From Amoebidium appalachense (taxonomy: Eukaryota > Protista > Ichthyosporea): a stretch of DNA of 64,000 bases. Position 1 is the first letter of the stretch, and the number at the start of each line of letters is the position of its first letter. Below the pieces are notes generated by a model. It searched no databases, was not told the DNA's origin, and saw only the letters and a program-made list of their open reading frames with translations. A program made the translations under genes and the position numbers. Location of the stretch: assembly GCA_963693365.1 (NCBI GenBank), contig CAVNZM010000012.1, positions 7,080,889 through 7,144,888 of the forward strand, in the 5' to 3' direction. Below are positions 36,920 through 64,000 of the stretch, piece by piece.

Positions 36920-37996
36920 GGGGAAGGGGAAGGGGGGGGAAGGGGGGGGAAGGGGGGGGGGGGGGAGGGGTTGGAGAGGGAGGGGCGCAGGGGTTAGTCC
37001 ATGTCCAAAAATCAATTTGAGTGTATTTTTGGGATAATCACATCAATGATCAACGCTTTTCCTAGTAGTAGCCCGGGCTGAAATTGGGAGGTATACGTAT
37101 AATCAGATATAAGGATAAACAGGCTTAAAATACGGTGACAATGAGGGCAGCAGTGGACTTGGGGGGAAAGGTGTGGAGTTATGTCATGGACCAAGAATAT
37201 TGAGACTCAAAAAACATACTAAACGAAATGTAAGAAAAATGGAGATAGGGGGGGTTATCCGAAATATTTATCGATATGCAACACCACTTCCACTTCCTCG
37301 CTTGGCCCACGGTGTACGTGTTTCTTTTTGCTTTTTATTCATTTCAACCCAGCCGGCGGGATGTGTGTGTGTGTCTGTGTGTGTGTGTGTGTGTATGTGT
37401 GTGTTTAACACTGGGTGGGTGGGTGGGGGGGATGTTCGGTGGGAGAGTGGGGGAAGGGGGGGGTTCACTTGGAGATATTCTGAGGAATGTGGCAGCATAG
37501 TTACCGGTGCAGTAGATAACTTGCCTTCATTTTATTAAATAAAAAGTAGCTCCGACGATTTGCTCAGGCATAGGGCTAGGGAGAGAAGCTACCCGGAAAT
37601 AACTAACATACAGCCGGGGTAATTCCCGAATACATAACACATTATTGCCGTAACTTTAACAGGTGGGTGGGTGGATGGATGGTCGGAGGTGCTAATAGTG
37701 TTTAATAGGGGTTTTCATTCCTTTCATATTTCATTATTATGCAAGTTCATAAGCTTAGCAGTAGAAATCATCATGACCGTAGTAACAACCTATTATTACC
37801 ATTAATATTTCATGTACGATTATTATCAATGATTACTATTATTACTATTATTATTATTATGGGGGGGGGGGGGGAGGGGGGAGGAGGGAAAGCGGGAAGC
37901 TCGAGAGAAAGAGAGAGGGGGGGGGGGGGAGAGAGAGAGAGAGAGAGAGAGAGAAGGAGTGTGTGTGCGTGTGCTACAGGAGAGATAGATAGATAA

Positions 37997-38053
<57 letters not shown>

Positions 38054-38249
38054 CAGAGAGAGAGAGGGGGGGGGGGGGGGGAAGTGAGAGAGAGATATGG
38101 AGGGAGGGAGGGGGGGGGGGAGAGAGAGAGCCTCTGAGAGAGAGAGAGAGAAAGTGAGAGACTAGGAGAGTGAGAGGTATGTGTGTGTGTGTGTGCCACA
38201 GCAGAGATAGATAGATAGAGGGGGGGGGGGGGGGGGGAGGGAGGGGGGA

Positions 38250-38336
<87 letters not shown>

Positions 38337-39104
38337 AGGGAGAGGTTTTTTTTTTTTTTGGGGGGGGGGGGGGGGGGGAAGGGGGTGGGGAGGTGGGGGA
38401 ACCGCGAGCTCGAGCTCGAGAGAGGAGGTGATGGGAAGAACAAGGAAACGAATGTACAACGAAGAGGTGATTTGGGAGTATAAAAAACAGGCAGGGGAAG
38501 AAAAAAGGTGGTGTAGAGCTCTAACATCAGATCCTCAGAAAGGGCCCAGGAGGCGATAGATGGGGGTGGGTGGGTGGGTGGGTGGGGATGGGGGTGGGGG
38601 GGGGGGGGGGGGGGGGGGGGAGGGGGGTGGGGGGGGGAGGGGGGGGGGTACCGGCAGGAGTGTGCGAGGAGAGGAAGGGGGTGGGATGGAGGGAGGGGAG
38701 GGAGGATGGAGAGGGCCCAGGGGAGGGGGGGGAGGGGGGGGGTAAACAATAGGCTGTGTGCTTTCCGACCAGTATTTGCACATCATATATTTGACGGCCA
38801 AAGTTTTAATCTTACAAGTAGGGACGTGCAAGGGTACATATGTAGGTAGGTATACCATCCTGCCTATTGTAGGGGCATAGGCAGAGCCAAGTGGAAGAGG
38901 GTGGACCTGTGAGGCGAAGTGGGGTTTAAAGAAGTGGGGGCAAAAAAAAAAAAACAACCTAATTTATTGAGCCAAAAGACAGTCGACAGCGCCGGAACCG
39001 GAAAGCGTATGTATGGTTGAACAACCACCAAAAGAAATCTGATTCGTCACACTTGAAAAGCCCGCCGAGGCACAACTCCAACGACTGTGGGCCTCGGCAA
39101 AACG

Positions 39105-39215
39105 TGCGCATGCGCGTCAACCGTTATGATTGGCTGGAGCTGCCCTTACAGCGTCATGATAGTTCGAAATGGCCAATACAGAGTAAATCATTTATAACCT
39201 TCATAACCCAATCAC
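39105..39215 (+). promoter_or_regulatory. Likely promoter of the 40031-43558 gene
   Basis: TGCGCATGCGCG (NRF1-like) at 39105-39116 plus three CCAAT/ATTGG boxes in repeat-free sequence. Confidence 0.4.
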
Positions 39216-39966
39216 ATGGTTTTGTGCAGATTTAAAACGTGACGGTTCAAGCCGAGGCAAGAAACAACTGTGTGAACCGAACCGAAACACATTCGGTTCG
39301 AGCAAAATCCAAAATTTTAAAATTGTAACCGTTTAAAAAGGTCTTACAATTGGATTGTTAAAGTTTGTGTTTAGTATATACCGCTAGCTATTGGTTTGGA
39401 TCAGCTAAAGCATGACGGCGAGGAGGGTAAAAGATGGCACGCCAACAGCTGCGCCGGACTCTTAGCCACACGGAAGGCATCTTCCGTTATTCAGTGGCAA
39501 TTCTTCCCGTTAGCACTTCAGCGAAAGAAAAAGAAAGCAAGGTAGAACTGCTTCCCCCCATATAATTCTAACCATTTTTTTTTTGAAGAATAGAGCTTGC
39601 AGAATCAGGCAAGTAGAACGAAAAGATGTTGCATGATATTCGCTAGGTATTAACGGAACACTTATTTGCCTCTATTTCCAAGGCTTAGTGGAGGTGCATG
39701 CAACCGTTTTGCACAGGTTCCCAAATCCGAGTCAACGAGGGATGCCAAGAAGCGTTCATTGTTGGGGGGTTATATAATTACACATACGAGCTCATCCTGT
39801 TTCTCTGCACATAAACAATCCCGTGCGATTACTTACACCTATTATCATCAAACCCAAATTGTGCTTTTTGCTGCAGCACAAAAACGAAGATCTGGAGCCC
39901 CTGGTACTCACACTCGTGTACACGCACACACGCATACAAGCACCCACACACACGCGCACACACGCA

Positions 39967-40014
<48 letters not shown>

Positions 40015-40030
40015 CGAGAAGTTCTTGAAG

Positions 40031-41468
40031 ATGGCCGAGCAGGTCGCCGCCCCCTTGTCGCTGGATCAGGCCAGCGGCAGGGCACCAGTGATGAGTGGAA
40101 TAAACCAGAAGGCCATGTTCTCAAACATGCCTGTGCAAGTCCCAATGGTAAGTGTTCTGGGATCGTCGTTGTAAAGTATTAAAGATAGTCGACGAACATT
40201 TTTTCCTATGAAGAAGGCCATGTTCTCAAACATGCCTGTGCCATTGCCCATAGTAAGTCTCCTGGAATTGGTGTTGTAGGTGACACGAGACAGTTAGCAG
40301 ACACATTTTCTATGAACACTTTACAAGTTTGACGTTGGCGGGAAGGCATATTTGACCCCAAAGAAGCACTATAGAGTACGTCTTTTAATACCCCTAACTT
40401 GATCCTGTTGTTGAGGAATCCATTCGTTTCGCTTTTCTACCCTAGTTCCGTTTTTCAACCCTCATGCATTCTTCAATCCTTTTTTTTGCAGTTCGGGTCA
40501 CAGGTTCCCCCACCTCTGCCAGAAGGCGAGGCAAACTGCACACGGTGCCGGACGCTAGCCAACCAAAACGCACGGCTAAACGTAAGCATGGCAAACTTTA
40601 GGGCCATGTATGCCAACTTGCACCGCGACTACATGCAACTGTACACCAGCCACAACGAGCTTGCAGAGCAAAACACCAGCTTGATGAAGGCAAATGCACT
40701 TCTGGAGGAGCAGGCAAAGTACATGAAGAAGGTGTGTGGGGGGTTGTTAAGTTGTTGTTTCATGTGCCCCTCGTGTGGAAATTTTCTTGACTTTTAGGGA
40801 AGACTCGAGACCCCTTGTATAGCGTTGTGCTGATATTGCCCGTACGTTTTTTTCCTTCTCTCGTATTGTGAATGAACATGGCCGTTACATATGATCGTTA
40901 AACGGGCATTTTTTTTTTGGTGGTGGCGGTGGGGGCCGGGCGGGGGGGGGGGGGGGGGGGGGGGGGGGGGAGATCAGTGTTTACAGGAAGTGGTGATTTA
41001 TGATCCAGCCGCAGTTCTTCTCTCCCTCGGTCCCAAACCTTTTTACCCCCCCTTCCTTCTGTTTGTCACAAGGCTATGGCGAAGTCCTTATTTCCTCGGT
41101 AGCTTGGGTAGGGCGGCGGGGATGGAGGGGAGGGAGGGGGGGGGGGGGGGGGGGGGAGGAGTAAGAAGGGGGATATGATTTATAGTTTCAGGCTTTTTGT
41201 GTGTGTGTAGATATATATGAATGGAATGATGTACTTACGACAAAACCTTCACGCTGCTCACTAACACAACATATGCCACGTCTCCCTCAGGTGACGGAGA
41301 AGGAGGAGATGGTGCTGATGGCCCTGCGGTCTTTCCGGAGACAACGCAAGCTCATCCGCAAGGAGAAGGGCCGCAGAGACCGAGCCAGCCAGGTGCAGAA
41401 GGTCTTGGCCAGTTTTGCCGAGCATGCCCTTCCCGACGATATCAAGATCCGTCAGGTATGCCCTTAAC

Positions 41469-41503
<35 letters not shown>

Positions 41504-41665
41504 CGCCCAATTTCCCGGGTTGAACTCGGGTACGGTGAAAGACCTGACCCCCATCCCCCCCCCCAGAGGATGGGCCCAGATTAATGTGCATATATTTTAT
41601 GTGTGGTTTGCACTCTGCATGGTGTTGTCGGTTGTGTGTACTTTGTGCTTTATGGTGGTGCATTC

Positions 41666-41706
<41 letters not shown>

Positions 41707-41790
41707 TTCCGGACCAAACACCCACCGAAAGAAAATGATAGAACTGTGTGGCTTTCTCAAGGTGGGAAGTGCGCTCTGTTCGTTGCCCCC

Positions 41791-41827
<37 letters not shown>

Positions 41828-41971
41828 CACACACACACAAAAAAAACAAACAAAAAAAAAAAAACCACCCCAACCCAACCACAATACACCAGCCCACCCA
41901 ACCTTTTTTACCACACCCCCCTTTTTTTTTCTCTCCCTTTTCATTTTTTCCCCTTTCATTTTCATTTTTAC

Positions 41972-42010
<39 letters not shown>

Positions 42011-42989
42011 TTTGGGGAAGGGGGGGGGGGGAAGGGGGGGGGGGGGGATGGAGGGGGGCACAAGTAGACATGGCCTATCTGTCACCCCATTCGTGTGTTG
42101 TGGCCATTTTTTTGTCGAAACGGTATCCAACGGTTTACCCGAGTGGGGGGGGGGGGGGGTAGCTTCGGTGCACACGTGATATTGTGGTTTTAACGTACAT
42201 TGCCATTTCGCAGGTGGACTTCACAGTGGAGTACAAGAAGGACAACGGGGAGAGTGTGTTTGACATCTACACACTGCGCGAAGGCAAGCGCACAAAGATC
42301 AAGAACGACAGAGAGCGTGCCCGTATTCTCGGCCTCAAGGAGCCAGCGTATGTTTTCTTGGTTGCTTTGGCATCGTGTGCTGTGGTTATTTGCTGTGCAA
42401 AGTTCGCTGCTTTTTGTGCTGTAGCCACATTCGTTTACTGTGTAAAGTCCTTTGCCAGGTGTGGTGTGGTCACTTTCTTGATTCCTTTTCTTGTGCGCGC
42501 TGTGGTCACCTATGGCGGGATGGGGAGTGTGTGTGTGTGTGTGTGTGTGGGTGTTTTTTTTTTTTGGGGGGGGGGGGAGGGGGTTGTCGCAGCTGTTGAT
42601 TTCTAAATATCATGCTTTAATTTTATCGTTACATTTTCATGAAAATTGTCAACCTTGGTGCTATAACCAACAACCAACTCTAACACGGTTTTTTTTCTGC
42701 AGGCCGCCACAGCTCCGGCCACCCGCAGCGCTCAAGAAGCTTGCCCCGCCCAGCCGCAAGGACATTGTGGATGGGCTCACTGCAGCCGGGCTTGTGCCGG
42801 GCCACCAGCAGATGCAGGGGGGCAACATGGGCCTGCAGCTGCTGCAAGCTGCTTACGACGACCCACGTCTGCGTGGCCAGCAGCAGGTGATTATGACCCC
42901 CCCTCCCCCTCCCCTCCCCCTCCCCTCCCCCTCCCCCTTCACCCACCTACCACACAGGCACAGGCACAGGCACCAACAACCTGCATTCT

Positions 42990-43035
<46 letters not shown>

Positions 43036-43558
43036 GGGCAGACCTTTCCATACCTTCCCAAGTTATACACACACACACACACACACAAACACACACAAAA
43101 TCCAATAATGCAGAAACCATATACAAGCAGCTTACGTGGAAGTGCTCGGGAAGAGAGGTGGAGGGGGGGGGGGGGGGAGGGGGGGCAGGCACATACAATA
43201 TTTTGCAACGAATGCAGCTTCACCTCCCCCCTTTCAGTGTATGTCTGTTTTGTTGTAACATTGCTGACACCACCATTCCCCCCACCTTTTATCCAAGCAG
43301 CAGCCAAACCGCATGGCAACAGGCTACTTCCCGACCAGCTACATGCAGGCAGCCTACCCGGGCTATGCCCAGGCCTATGCCCCCGGCCACATGCAGCAAT
43401 ACGGCCAGACATACGACATTCTGCCCCCCCTCCCAGGCATGCCCCAGGCCCAGCCTCAGGCAGGTGCCCCCAACCCACTCATGCAGATGCAACAGATGCA
43501 GCAGCTGCAGAATGTGGGTATGTGGGGCCAGCCTGCACCTGCACCAACAACACAGTAG
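40031..43558 (+). CDS. Hypothetical protein of about 365 aa: CxxC, coiled coil, basic segment, Q/P/G/Y-rich tail
   Basis: Phase-consistent GT-AG exons 40031-40147, 40492-40731, 41291-41455, 42214-42347, 42703-42886, ~43298-43558; GC3-rich codons like neighbouring genes; no family recognised. Confidence 0.78.
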
Positions 43559-44249
43559 ATACTGCGTTTCACGTGAAAGTTGCTGTGGGTATGTATGTTT
43601 CTACTGGCAATCACGTATATACAGTGTCGTTTTTCATGGTCTTCACATATGCACGAGAGGTGGTGTGTGTATGTACCTATCACTGTATGTACCTTTCAAT
43701 GACATTCAGTGTCGTGTTTCGTGTGTCATTTTCCATGCTCTCTGGTTACTGTTTGATGATGGTGTGTTTCGCGTGGAAAAAGTGCGTAGGTGGGGTTGGT
43801 GTTCGATGTATGTTGAGGAGGAGGAGGAGGGGGGGGGGGGGGGGGTTGTGTGGCATGGTTTCTGCAGTAGAACTTAGATGACGCTGTGAATCATTTGTTT
43901 TAGCAGTCCTTTTTTCTAAAGTCCTTTTTGAAATTCTATTCTCGGTGGTGTACGAAATAATGAGAGATATATGTGGCCGTGGTATTGTGTCTGTAGACTA
44001 CGACCCGGCAACTCCAGAAACCGTTTTCCAGGATTAAACGTTTCGAATTATTTAAAAGGCGTGGATATGGTTTAGCAGGCACGGATTGAACGTATTAGTA
44101 AATGCTTTATTATTGCATGCTTGCTATCATATCCATTTATAACAGTATTGTAAAATGGAATATATTTTCTTGCATACACAGACATCAGCTGTTGTCTGCT
44201 CACAAAGGTATTATAAATAAAGTCCTTTATGTGCCTTATTTGTTACAGT

Positions 44250-44283
<34 letters not shown>

Positions 44284-44767
44284 TAGTAAGCGTGTTACTA
44301 CCCTGCGGCGTGAGCCAAATCTCATATTTTCCCCTCTAATTGCGAATTCTGCGGCCTTCGGGACTTAATTCTTTTCGGCTGGTGTAGTATGTTAGCCAGG
44401 GAAGTATCGACTTAGGTAGCGACGGGGGAGCTTCCTAGAAGCCCCGTCTCCTGAGTTCCTATCTATATTTTTCTTGCTTCTGCTTACTGCTGCAACTTTA
44501 ACCCCGGCCTTTCCCACTGCCCTTGCCTGCATAAGCAACCCTGCTCATCTCTGATCAAGACGGGTGACCTACCCATGTTTAAGTGAAACAGTATCTGAGT
44601 TGGGTTTCGTTAACGAGGTGAATAGGTCGAAACTCGGGAACTGTGGGTGACGTGGGCCTCCCCTGAGGATGGACTCTGCTTATTATGCATACTCTTTGTG
44701 TATGGCTTGCATTCTGCATCGTGTTATCCGTTTGTTCTTGTGTACTTCGTACTTTATGACGCATGCA

Positions 44768-44800
<33 letters not shown>

Positions 44801-44866
44801 CACACACACACACACACACACCTGTACACACACTGGAGTCTTGAGGAATCCATGGCGCTTCCATTC

Positions 44867-44897
<31 letters not shown>

Positions 44898-45321
44898 ATT
44901 CTGTGGCCTTCGGGACTTAATTCTTTTCAGCTGGTGTAGTATGTTAGCCAGGGAAGTATCGACTTAGGTATCGACGGGGGAGCTTCCTAGAAGCCCCGTC
45001 TCCTGAGTTCCTATCTATATTTTTCTTGCTTCTGCTTACTGCTGCAACTTTAACCCCCGGCCTTTCCCACTGCCCTTGCCTGCATAAGCAACCCTGCTCG
45101 TCTCTGATCAAGACGGGTGACCTACTCATGTTCAAGTGAAACAGTATCTGAGTTGGGTTTCGTTAACGAGGGGAATAGGTCGAAACTCGGGTACTGTGGA
45201 TGACGTGGGCCCCCCCTGAGGATGGGCTCTGCTTATTATGCATACTCTTTATGTATGGCTTGCATTCTGCATCGTGTTATCCGTTTGTTCTTGTGTACTT
45301 CGTACTTTTTGACGCATTCAA

Positions 45322-45323
<2 letters not shown>
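44284..45323 (+). mobile_element. Two tandem subfamily B copies; putative 3' ends of a Penelope-like retroelement
   Basis: Copies at ~44284-44769 and 44898-45323 (offset about 552 bp), each ending gacgcat(g/t)caaa(a) plus a C-run. The 5' part encodes RE..LIFS/LRILRPSGLN. Confidence 0.7.
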
Positions 45324-45352
<29 letters not shown>

Positions 45353-46551
45353 TTTCTCGCCACACAGCTTTCCAACCATCATGGCCACCACCACCACAAA
45401 CACACCACCACCAGTTTCTTTTGTAGGTTCTGCTGTAATTGAAATATCCAGCGGTCCCTCAAATGTGCGGGAAATCAGGGACGTGTACGTGCGTACGCGT
45501 ACGCGTGCACGACGTTGTGTGCATGGCCGCACGAGAGGCACCCCATCGATTTTTTTATTAGGCCTATGCGATCCCCCCCCTCCCCCCCCCCCAACTACCA
45601 CCACGTCCACCACATGTACATGTGACCCGGTCAAGGCTTCTTTACACTGTGTTGCAACTGATCTAAAAATGGAAATACCTGCCAGTCGGTGGGTGGTGGG
45701 AGGGGGGAGGGGGGGCCCCCGGGGAGGGGGGGGGGGGGGTGCGTGGCGGTATGTGTGGGTGTGTGAGTGTATGCACGGGTAGGGGGGGGGGGGGGGGGGG
45801 GAAGAGCGAGAGGAGGGCAGGAGGAGGAGGGGATTCGACAGCTGCAGCTGCGTCGGATCCATGGCACATCACTGGGAATGGTCATGGTGGAATGGAAATG
45901 GTCATGCATGGTGGAATGGATTGGTTATGGCGCGGCCCTGATAGATGTAATATTCAACATGCAACTATTTATACCTATGTAGTACTTGTACAACGGGAGC
46001 CCGAGGCTCAAGGAGGGGCGTATACACAAAGGTCAAAGCTATTATGTGCACCACGGATATACATATAGCGTGACTGACACCAGGTCAGCTCAACCGGTCA
46101 ATTTCCAACTCCGAAATCGTAGGCACCAAATGGTTCCCTGGTCAAACAGGCCAGTTTCCATTCTCGAAACAGGATGTGCTTGGCAAACACCGTGTAAGTG
46201 CCTCACTGTCTGTTTGTCGAGAACATTAAAATACGGGGCTAATAGTTATCAGCTGCTTGCCAGAAAACAAGATCTTGCACATGGCCAACCTGACCAGGAA
46301 GGATTTGTTCTTTCGTTGACCGAAGCAACAACCAATGTTTGCCTGCAACGGAATTGGTTAAGGTCAAGTTTCACGTTGCCAAGGAGCTTTGTGCTTCTGG
46401 TTGTCGGTCTCTGTAAAATGACTTTCCGCGAGTTCAGTCCTAAAAAAAAATTCAGCTACTGTAACAGTTTCACATGTAAACAGCGATATAACAAACCAGT
46501 TCAAAGCACGGTACTCAAAACCGAGGCTCAGTCTAAACGTTCTAAACCGTC

Positions 46552-46591
46552 ACTTGGCAAGGGCTATTCAATGTTGTACTTGTTGTTGTTG

Positions 46592-46659
<68 letters not shown>

Positions 46660-46704
46660 CTAAACGACAGCCACTTGGCAAGGGCTATTCAATGTTGTAC
46701 CTGT

Positions 46705-46760
<56 letters not shown>
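46552..46760. repeat. Tandem duplication of a ~35-bp unique segment plus its (TG)n tract
   Basis: cacttggcaagggctattcaatgttgtac at 46551 and 46672. Confidence 0.75.
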
Positions 46761-46764
<4 letters not shown>

Positions 46765-48264
46765 CTGCGCGCGTGCGCGCGCGTGTTGTGTGTGCCTCGG
46801 TGCAGCGGCTGTGTGTGTGCATGTTTGCGCGCGCGTGTGTGTTAAGTGTGGTGTGTGTGTGTACGTGCACTTGTGCGTGCGCGTGAGCTGTGCGTGTGCG
46901 TGTGCGTGTGCGTGTGCGTGTGCGTGTGCGTGTGCGTGTGCGTGTGCGTGTGCGTGTGCGTGTTCGTGTTCGTGCGGGCGTGAGCGGGCGTGGGTATGGG
47001 CATGCGTGTGTGTGGGGGGGGGTGGGTGGAATTTTCCCATAAGTTTCTCGCCCCATTTTTTTCGAGGAAGGGGTTGGGGAAGGGAGAGGGGAGAATTTAG
47101 ATGCATATGTTCACATCAATCACCCTGCAGTTGTAGCTTTTCACACAAAGTGTCGTTTCATCCCTCTCGGGCTTTCATTTTTTCCCGCGGCGCGCCACTG
47201 CGGCGCCAGTCACAGTCAGACAATCCCCCTTGTGTACACTTGAATCGCTGTGCAAGCTCCTTCGCTTTGATTGGTGCAGGGCCGATCGATGATCTTGAAA
47301 CCTTCTAAATAAAGTAAGTTATGAGCCAAATATGGAAGGCAATTATCCGAGGAATTTCGATTTTTTTTGCCGCAATGATTTTGATAGCCCGTTGCCAACG
47401 CCCGTGTTCAGTGTTTGAAGACAGCAGCCTGACACACACGGCACAGCTCTTGCAGGCTAATTTCATGTTCATTTAGCGATGTACTTCAGAAAGTATTATT
47501 AGATACAGAGAAGGGTCTATTATAATTAGGAATATATAAGGTGAGCTTTTTATTGAGACATGCTTCTAACATCCTTGGTTGGGTGAGCGTTATGCCGAGT
47601 AATTTGGCCCATGGTTGGCTTCTTCCTTGCCGGACGGTCACGTCTTTCTTCGTTCATCAGTCATACCTTTGACATCTCTTCGTTCAGTTCGAAGGGCGAA
47701 ATATACAAAGGCTACTGCATGGTTTCATAAACAGAGGGGCTAGCAACACGCTATATAAATAAGCATGCGCTGCTGACATCAGGGCTGTCTCGCTCGCTCA
47801 ATACGACTTTTGTGCTACTTGCCCTGTCGTTGAGAACTCCCACGTTTTGTGTTTTCGTGTTTAAGCACAACACAGGAGCTCGCTCGAGCTTCTTGTCTTG
47901 CCGTCACCTCTGTGGGTTTCATTTAAGCCCACTTAGACATCATCAAAGGCGTCTTCTTCGGAAATTATGTGGATAATGACGACATGGCTGTTCAGCGGTT
48001 TAGCGCTCAGGAAAAACGAGGAAGGGCTCAACTTGTCAGCGTAGCTATGACAGCTTATTCTTCTTCTTCTTTTGCCAGCGTTTAATGTTTTGACCATGGC
48101 TCTGAAGAGGAAAAATTAAGATCTTGTTTAGATTTTGCAGGTTTACTAGGAAGACACTACAAACTCCCAGTTCAGTTAGTTATTGGCTCTTCCCAGGATT
48201 AATCTAGATTTGTAGCAGGGCACCCGGGGAACCTATCAGCCGGTCTCCGGTTGCCAAAGCCAAG

Positions 48265-63832
<15,568 letters not shown>

Positions 63833-64000
63833 GTATGTATATGCTGTGTTTGGCTGCCCTCAGGTTTATTGTGCTTCAAAAGCTATGGCTTAGTGGTGGT
63901 CTTGAAGGCCACAGTTCGTTGTTGCCTGTAGGAGAAAAAGCTCCGTTGGTTGTCTCGTAATGACACGGATCGTGTGTGTGCGTGCGTGTGTCTGTGTGGG

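Noticed and set aside
29100-39000. Hidden protein-coding gene in the 10-kb interval after HSP90
   Set aside because: No codon-biased exons with compatible splice sites were found by eye; short or divergent exons cannot be excluded.
45170-45230. Canonical hammerhead, HDV-like ribozyme, SECIS or tRNA B-box call
   Set aside because: The required stems and spacing could not be built by hand; only partial motifs are present, so no RNA gene was annotated.

Overview
Intron-rich eukaryotic DNA, probably from a unicellular opisthokont (inferred only from protein similarity and CTAAC branch points). It is saturated with G/C homopolymers and (CA)n microsatellites, which generate nearly all ORF-track entries as artefacts. 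Five spliced genes can be reconstructed by hand: DDX19/DBP5 (minus strand, runs off the window start), VPS36 (minus, complete), HSP90 (plus, complete, head-to-head with VPS36), an unrecognised CxxC/coiled-coil/Q-rich protein (plus), and a P4-ATPase flippase of the ATP8A/DRS2 type (plus, runs off the window end). The strongest unexplained signal is about 20 copies of related small elements in at least three subfamilies. They share one fixed end next to a C-run, are variably truncated at the other end, sit in or against G/C homopolymers, and are co-oriented with the host transcript in every intronic case found. They share a covarying RNA fold with hammerhead-like words, occur as head-to-tail multimers, and one copy carries a Penelope-like GIY-YIG C-terminal remnant. 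A second pattern is repeated tandem duplication of exon-intron junctions. Several MITE-like inverted repeats are also present.
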